Assembly: GCA_963767925.1 (NCBI GenBank)
Contig: CAVYGB010000008.1
Coordinates: 64,001 to 128,000 of the forward strand
Direction: 5' to 3'
Length of the DNA: 64,000 nucleotides
Origin: an uncultured delta proteobacterium
GTDB lineage: Bacteria; Myxococcota_A; Polyangia; Fen-1088
Shown here: positions 58,409 through 64,000 of the stretch, piece by piece
Position numbering within the stretch: position 1 is the stretch's first letter
Layout of the letters: every line of letters begins with the position of its first letter
Notes under the pieces: model-generated
Databases searched by the model: none
Seen by the model: the letters and a program-made list of their open reading frames with translations, nothing else
Told to the model about the DNA's origin: nothing
Made by a program: the position numbers and the translations under genes

Positions 58409-58518
58409 GGGAGTGCCTCGGTGCGGACGCCGGGCGGGGTGGCCTGGCTCCCTTTACAACGTCGGCGGCCGGGAAAATTCCGCGCCCGCCCGCGCGCCGG
58501 TGATCGCCGTCGGGTCGC

Positions 58519-61500
58519 TCAGTTGGACCGCGCCGGCGGGGGCGCGAAGGGCTCCAGGGTCACGTTCACGGTGCGGGCCGGACCTCCGCCCGGCGTCTCG
58601 ACGACGAAGCTCACGCTGGCGCCGGGCCTTCCCGAGCCGAGGAAGCGGAGGGCCCCGTTGCCGAGCTCGCCCACGCCGGTGCCGTTGATGGCGGTGACGA
58701 GGTCGCCCTTCTTGAGCCCGGCCCGGGCGGCGGCGCTGTCGGGACGCAGGCTCCGCACCACCGGCCGGCCGCCCTCGACCGCGAGATCGGCGCCGCTCTC
58801 GCCCCGGTCGGCGCGGTCGACGCCGAGCCGCTGGCGCATGTCACCGGGCAGCAAGCGGACGGTGCCAGCGTCGACGATGGTCTGGCCCGGCTTGATCTCC
58901 ACCTCCTTGGACTCGGCGACGTAGCGGGTGAACTCGGCCTGGAACGAGAGGCGGAGGCTGTCGCCCACCGGCGCGCCCTCGAGGACGAAGCTGCCATCCG
59001 GCTTGACCTCGGCCTGGGGCCGGGCGGCCCCTCGGCCCATGGCGTACACCGTCGCCTCCGGGACCGGCTTGCCGCTGCCGTGTTCGATCACCCTCCCGGT
59101 CACCCGCAGGCCGGGCGCAAGCGGGATGCGCAGGCCGGTCCTCCGCTCACCCGCCGCCAGGGTCACCACCTGGCTCGCGCTCTCGCCCGCCGGCCCCGTC
59201 GCGTGCAGCTCGTGGGCACCAGGAGCCAGGCGCAGGATCTCGAAGGTGCCGGCCGGGCTCTGCACGCGCTGGGTCCGGGCGTCGAAGCCGGCGCTCTGCC
59301 GGCGCCGTCGGTCCTCGGGCGTCTCGTTCGCCCTGGGTCCCGGCAAGATGGCGATGGTGTAGTTCGCGATCGGCTTGCCATCGGGCCCGACGACGAGCCC
59401 GGCGACCGAGGTGTCGGGCGGAAACGTCACCTTCACACCGGTGGCCCCGCCCATGACCCCCTTCACCTCCGTGTCGGGGTGGTCGGGGTGGGAGGCCCAG
59501 ATCGTGTGCGGGACCTTGCCCACCTCCTCGAGGGTGAACTGCCCGTCGATCTGGCTGTAGGTGCGCAGATCCCGGGAGCTGCCCCGGAAGGCGCGTCCGT
59601 CCCGCTCGACCCCGGCGGTCAGCACCGCGCCGGCCACCGGCTTGCCGTCCGGCCCGACGACGGTCCCCGCGAGCGCCGTCCCCGGCGGCGCCACCACGAG
59701 GTCGATCCCGGTCTTGTCCTCTGCCTCCCCGAGGGCGAGCGTCTTCTGGTCCGCTCGCTCGGCCCTCGGCGACATGTCGAAGCCGCCCCGCGATGACCGC
59801 GACGCCGTCACGATCACCTGGCCAGCGGGCACGTTCTCGATCCGATAGCGCCCGTCGGGGCCGCTCACGTCCTGCTCGGAGGAGAGCGACATGGCCCCCG
59901 TCCGGATCCGCACCGTCACCCGCACGTCGGGCGCCGGCCGCCCGTCTTCGGTCCGCACCGTGCCGGAGAGCGCGCTACCCTTGCCGAGCTTCAGGCTCAG
60001 CACCTTGGGCTGCCCCGCCTTGATCTCCTCGGGCCCCACGCTGGCGGAGCCCTGCTGCTCGGCCTGGGCGGTCAGCCGCAGGCTCCCCGGCGAGATCCGC
60101 TTGAGCTCGAAGGTCCCGTCGGCCGCGGTGGTCGCCGAGTCGCCGGCGGAGAAGCTGCCGCCGCCCCCCTGGCGGCCCTCCAGCGTCGCCCGCACCCGGG
60201 CGCCCTCCACCGGCCGGCCCTCGGCGGTCACCACCTTGCCCGTCACCTTCACCACGCGGGTCAAGGTCACGTCGACGCTGGCCAGGTCGGCGGTCACCAC
60301 GTTGGCCCGGGCGCTCGAGAAGCCGAAGCCGTCCTCGCTGGCGTCGATCCGATAGGACCCGGGCAACAAGCCCTCCAGGGCGTAGCTGCCATCTGGGTTG
60401 CTCCTGGTGCGCGCCGCCTGTCCGAAGGGCGGGCTGTCCCGGTAGGCGCTCACGCGGATCGACCCCAGGCTCGCCCCGGCGTCGTCCTTGACCCGGCCGC
60501 TGACCACGTGGGCCCGGTCCACCTCCACCTCGACGTCGCCCACCGACTGCGCGACCGCCAGGGCCACCGTCTTGCCGGCCCCCACCAGGACACCTTTGCG
60601 GGCCATCACCTCGTAGTTGCCCGGCTCGAGGGCGGTGAGCTCGAAGCGGCCGTCGCCGTCGGTCCTGGTGTCGCGCGCCTCGCGGAAGTCCGTCCGCACG
60701 GCAGAGGTCAGCGAGACCTCGGCCTCGGCCAGCGGCTGCCGGCTGTCCCGCACCACCACCCGGCCGGAGAGCCGGGCGCCCGGCACCAGGCGCAGGTCCC
60801 TCGTGGTGGGGCGGACCAGGAGGAGGTCGGTGTCGAGCAGCGGCGCGTATCCCTCGGCTTCGACCCGCAGGGCGACCGGCCCCCGGGCCAGGGTCAGGCG
60901 GTACTGGCCCTCGGCCCCCGAGACCGCGCCGAACAGGGCCGCAGCCCGCCCCATGCCGCCCGATCGGCCCACCGCGGTGACCCGCGCGCCAGCGATCGCG
61001 CCGCCGCCGACGTCGAGCACGCGGCCGCTGAGCGCGAGGCCGACCCGGGCCAGCTTGATCTCGACGTGGGCCGTCTGCCGGGCCAACACCTCGATCGATC
61101 CCCGCTGCCCGGGCCCCATCCCCTCGCGCGCGGCGGTGGCGCTGTATTCACCCGGGACCAGCTTCTCGATGCGAAAGCGCCCGCCGCCCGCGGTTGTGGC
61201 GGTCCCCCGGGGCAGCCAGTGGCTCATGCTGGGCGCGTCTTCTCCCCGGGCCACCGCCCGGCCCAGGGTCACGGTGACCCCGTCGACCGGGGCGCCGTCC
61301 GCGTCGCGCACCAGCCCCTCGATGGCGCCCGAGGGGTCGGTCGCGGCCTCCTCCTCGCGCCAGCTCGTCCCCGTCCCCTTCACCAGCCGGTGCCCGTCGC
61401 CCCCCTCCTCGTCCGCGGGGCCGGCGTTCGGCCCGCTGCGTCCGCGGAGCTGCCAGATCCCCACCCCGCCCAGCCCGGCCAGCACCGCTATCATGATGAA

Positions 61501-61533
61501 GAAGACCAGCCCTCGAGCCTGTCCTTGCGCCAT
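58519..61533 (-). CDS. Membrane-anchored carboxypeptidase-regulatory-like repeat protein with C-terminal PDZ
   Basis: Repeated 'G.V.D..G.PV.GA.V' and 'DGRF.L..L.PG.Y' units; SAAARAGLKKGDLVTAING; RBS AGGAGG. Confidence 0.9.
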   Translation of the reverse strand: MAQGQARGLVFFIMIAVLAGLGGVGIWQLRGRSGPNAGPADEEGGDGHRLVKGTGTSWREEEAATDPSGAIEGLVRDADGAPVDGVTVTLGRAVARGEDAPSMSHWLPRGTATTAGGGRFRIEKLVPGEYSATAAREGMGPGQRGSIEVLARQTAHVEIKLARVGLALSGRVLDVGGGAIAGARVTAVGRSGGMGRAAALFGAVSGAEGQYRLTLARGPVALRVEAEGYAPLLDTDLLLVRPTTRDLRLVPGARLSGRVVVRDSRQPLAEAEVSLTSAVRTDFREARDTRTDGDGRFELTALEPGNYEVMARKGVLVGAGKTVALAVAQSVGDVEVEVDRAHVVSGRVKDDAGASLGSIRVSAYRDSPPFGQAARTRSNPDGSYALEGLLPGSYRIDASEDGFGFSSARANVVTADLASVDVTLTRVVKVTGKVVTAEGRPVEGARVRATLEGRQGGGGSFSAGDSATTAADGTFELKRISPGSLRLTAQAEQQGSASVGPEEIKAGQPKVLSLKLGKGSALSGTVRTEDGRPAPDVRVTVRIRTGAMSLSSEQDVSGPDGRYRIENVPAGQVIVTASRSSRGGFDMSPRAERADQKTLALGEAEDKTGIDLVVAPPGTALAGTVVGPDGKPVAGAVLTAGVERDGRAFRGSSRDLRTYSQIDGQFTLEEVGKVPHTIWASHPDHPDTEVKGVMGGATGVKVTFPPDTSVAGLVVGPDGKPIANYTIAILPGPRANETPEDRRRRQSAGFDARTQRVQSPAGTFEILRLAPGAHELHATGPAGESASQVVTLAAGERRTGLRIPLAPGLRVTGRVIEHGSGKPVPEATVYAMGRGAARPQAEVKPDGSFVLEGAPVGDSLRLSFQAEFTRYVAESKEVEIKPGQTIVDAGTVRLLPGDMRQRLGVDRADRGESGADLAVEGGRPVVRSLRPDSAAARAGLKKGDLVTAINGTGVGELGNGALRFLGSGRPGASVSFVVETPGGGPARTVNVTLEPFAPPPARSN

Positions 61534-61771
61534 CACTTCCTCCTGAGCAGGGGGACCTCGGACGATGAAACGTTGCAATGAAAACGCGCGTCGCGGCTGA
61601 AATGGCAGGTCCGGCCGTCGAATTACCAAGTTTCACCGAGGGTGAAAAAACTGTCCGCGCCCGTCCGGCCCGAACGTCGAGGTTCCAGAGCGGCGGCGGA
61701 GACGGCAAGGTGGAGGAAGACGGGGTGGGAGGCCGCGTCGCAGCAGGGAACGACGAACTCAGGAGGAACCG

Positions 61772-62113
61772 ATGAGCACCTTTCTCTTTCTCTTTCGTGG
61801 CGGCCGCATGCGCGAGATGTCCCCCCAGGAGCTCCAGGAGAGCATGGGCCGCTGGGCGGCCTGGACCGGCGAGCTGACCAAGAAAGGTCATTACGCCGGC
61901 GGCCATCCGCTGGCCGAAGAGGGCCGCTCGGTGGTCGGCAAGAAGCAGGCGATCACCGATGGCCCCTTCGGGGAGACCAAGGACATCGTGGGCGGCTACA
62001 TTCTGGTGACGGCGTCCGATCTGAACGCCGCCACCGAGCTGGCCCGGGGTTGCCCGATCTTCGCCCGCGACGGCGCCGTCGAGGTGCGCGAGGTCCGCGA
62101 GATGAAGATGTGA
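61772..62113 (+). CDS. YciI/DGPF-family protein
   Basis: TDGPFGETKDIVGGY, ARGCP, VEVRE; RBS AGGAGG. Confidence 0.92.
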   Translation: MSTFLFLFRGGRMREMSPQELQESMGRWAAWTGELTKKGHYAGGHPLAEEGRSVVGKKQAITDGPFGETKDIVGGYILVTASDLNAATELARGCPIFARDGAVEVREVREMKM

Positions 62114-63420
62114 CGCCGCCCGAGCCCGAACGAGCCGCCACCACGGCGCTGGACCACCTGTTTCGTCACGAGGCAGGGCGCATGGCCGGGGCCGTGGTGC
62201 GACTCGTGGGGCTGGGCAACCTGGACCTGATCGACGACGTCGTCCAGGACACGCTGGTGCATGCCATGGAGGTCTGGAAGTTCGGCGGCCTTCCCGACAA
62301 CCCGGCGGCCTGGCTCATGCGCGCGGCCAGGAACCGGGCCATCGACATCATCCGCCGCCAGCGGACCGTCCGGCGGTTCGCGCCCGAGGTGGCCGACCTG
62401 CTCATGACCGAGTGGTCGCTCAGCTCGACGGTGGAGAGCGCCTTCATGGAGCCCGAGGTGCGTGACGGCGAGCTGCGGCTGATGTTCTCCCTGTGCGACG
62501 GGCGCCTCCCGCCCGAGACCCAGGTGCTGGTGGTGCTGAAGTACCTGTGTGGCTTCGGCACCCACGAGCTGGCCCAGGCCTTCTTGCTGAGCGAAGACGC
62601 CGTGGAGAAGCGTCTGACCCGGGCCCGGGCCACCTTGCAGGCCACCGGCGCCCTCGCCGAGATCGACGACCAGGCCCGGCTGCGGGCCCGCCTGCCGGGC
62701 GTGCGGCAGGCCCTGTATCTGCTGTTCAACGAGGGCTACCACGGCAGCCACCCTGCCCAGGTGGTGCGGCGGGACCTCTGCGCCGAGGCGCTGCGGTTGA
62801 CCGAGCTGCTGGCCGCCCACCCGGTGACCGGCCTGCCCGAGGTGCACGCGCTGCTGGCGCTGATGTGTCTGCTGGCCGCCCGCCTGGAGACCCGCTGCGA
62901 CGTCGCCGGCGATCTCATCCCCCTCGACGAGCAGGACCGCGGTTGCTGGAACAGCGCCCTGCTGGCCCGGGGCTTCGAGGCGCTCGGCCAGTCGGCGGCC
63001 GGCGAGCTGCTCAGCGACACCCACCTCGAGGCGGCCATCGCCGCCCAGCACGCCGCCGCCCCCACCTGGGCCCAGACCGACTGGCCGGCCATCGTGGCCC
63101 TCTACGATCGCCTCCTGCTGCTGCGGCCCACCCCGGTGGTGGCGCTGAACCGGGCGGTCGCCGTCGGCCAGGCCGAGGGCGCCGCCGCCGGCCTGGCCGC
63201 CCTCGACGAGATCGCCGGCGTCGAGCGGCTCGACGACTACCTGTTCCTGTCCGCCACCCGCGCCGACCTGCTCCGGCGGGCGGGCCGCCTCGAGGAGGCC
63301 GTCCCCCACTACCAGCGGGCCCACGAGCTGGCGCGCAGCGACCCCGAGCGCCGCTTCTTCGCGCGCCGCCTGGCGGCCTGCCGCTACCCCGGAGGACCGC
63401 CACCCGCGCCCGCGAGTTGA
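62110..63420 (+). CDS. ECF42-type sigma factor with C-terminal TPR extension
   Basis: PDNPAAWL, LRLMF, LYLLFNEGY, LCAEA, EAAIAAQH, VVALNRAVA; GTGA overlap with the DGPF gene. Confidence 0.92.
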   Translation: MTPPEPERAATTALDHLFRHEAGRMAGAVVRLVGLGNLDLIDDVVQDTLVHAMEVWKFGGLPDNPAAWLMRAARNRAIDIIRRQRTVRRFAPEVADLLMTEWSLSSTVESAFMEPEVRDGELRLMFSLCDGRLPPETQVLVVLKYLCGFGTHELAQAFLLSEDAVEKRLTRARATLQATGALAEIDDQARLRARLPGVRQALYLLFNEGYHGSHPAQVVRRDLCAEALRLTELLAAHPVTGLPEVHALLALMCLLAARLETRCDVAGDLIPLDEQDRGCWNSALLARGFEALGQSAAGELLSDTHLEAAIAAQHAAAPTWAQTDWPAIVALYDRLLLLRPTPVVALNRAVAVGQAEGAAAGLAALDEIAGVERLDDYLFLSATRADLLRRAGRLEEAVPHYQRAHELARSDPERRFFARRLAACRYPGGPPPAPAS

Positions 63421-63427
63421 TCCGGCA

Positions 63428-64000
63428 TCAGACGGCGCCCGCCGGCCGGGGGCGCGAGGGCCAGACTCGCTCGCGGGCAGCCGGGCGGGCCAGGAGGTAA
63501 GCCGCCAGCCCGAGCAGGAACAGCGCCGCCCCGGCCAGCATGAGCGCCCCCCAGACCGGCGCCGGCAAGCTGAGGTAGAGGGGGGCCACGAGCGCGGCCA
63601 GGATCACCGCCGCGCCGATCTGGATGGCCCGGGTCCGGCGCTGCAGCCGCCCGAGCAGGGCCGCGTCCCGCTCGGCCAGCCGCTGCCAGAGGAGCTGCTC
63701 GTACCGCCAGGAGGTGGAGACCACGGGGATGATCTCCAGGGTCAAGAAGGCCGAGCTGATGAGTCCACCGACCATGGGGGCGGCGATCCGCTTCATGACG
63801 TCGGCCCCCGAGCTGCTGGCCCACAGCAGGGGGACCAGCCCGGTCAACATGGTGGCCACCGTCATCAGCTTGGGCCGCACCCGCTGTACCGTCCCCTCCA
63901 TGTGGGCGGCCACGATGTCCGCGAGGTCGTTCATCCGCCCCTCGCGCTTGCGGCGCTCGAAGGCGTTGTCGATGTAGACGATCATGACGATGCCGGTCTG
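63428..64000 (-). CDS. CusA/CzcA heavy-metal RND permease, 3' end only
   Basis: RVRPKLMTV...GADVMKRIAAPMVGG; runs off the window edge. Confidence 0.9.
   Translation of the reverse strand, partial: QTGIVMIVYIDNAFERRKREGRMNDLADIVAAHMEGTVQRVRPKLMTVATMLTGLVPLLWASSSGADVMKRIAAPMVGGLISSAFLTLEIIPVVSTSWRYEQLLWQRLAERDAALLGRLQRRTRAIQIGAAVILAALVAPLYLSLPAPVWGALMLAGAALFLLGLAAYLLARPAARERVWPSRPRPAGAV

Noticed and set aside
61772..63420. DGPF protein plus TPR-extended sigma as a novel system
   Set aside because: Matches the already described ECF42 arrangement.
1..64000. Mobile elements, prophage, tRNA/rRNA genes, known defence operons
   Set aside because: No transposase, integrase, phage, structural-RNA or recognised defence signatures were seen.

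Overview
Very GC-rich bacterial DNA with myxobacterial hallmarks (Myxococcales-type sigma-70 factor, MXAN_5808-like S41 protease, Hanks-type Ser/Thr kinases, many lipoproteins and beta-barrel proteins); Myxococcota origin is an inference. About 48 CDSs and gene remnants, dominated by signalling genes: six NarL/LuxR-type regulators in three paralog pairs, three HisKA kinases, a MEDS sensor, three sigma factors and two Ser/Thr kinases. The rest are carbohydrate enzymes (GH63-like, GH13, CE15), an FGE-family protein, MgtC, MgtE, a TolC-MFP-RND pump and the 3' end of a CusA-type pump. I saw no rRNA, tRNA, CRISPR array or transposase. Best candidates for an undescribed system: (i) a divergent sigma factor / zinc anti-sigma-kinase-STAND-TPR / flavin oxidoreductase-acetoacetate-decarboxylase-fold module (6164-13853); (ii) the orphan NarL set, including atypical REC-HTH-REC proteins, a shared Cys in the beta4-alpha4 loop and a recurring intergenic palindrome NCGG-N7-CCGN. 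Other oddities: a 72-proline run, a HAD pseudogene with an apparently inverted internal fragment, a thrS remnant, and eight +1 frameshifts in three otherwise intact genes that most likely reflect sequencing error. Family assignments come from motif recognition only; no searches were run.
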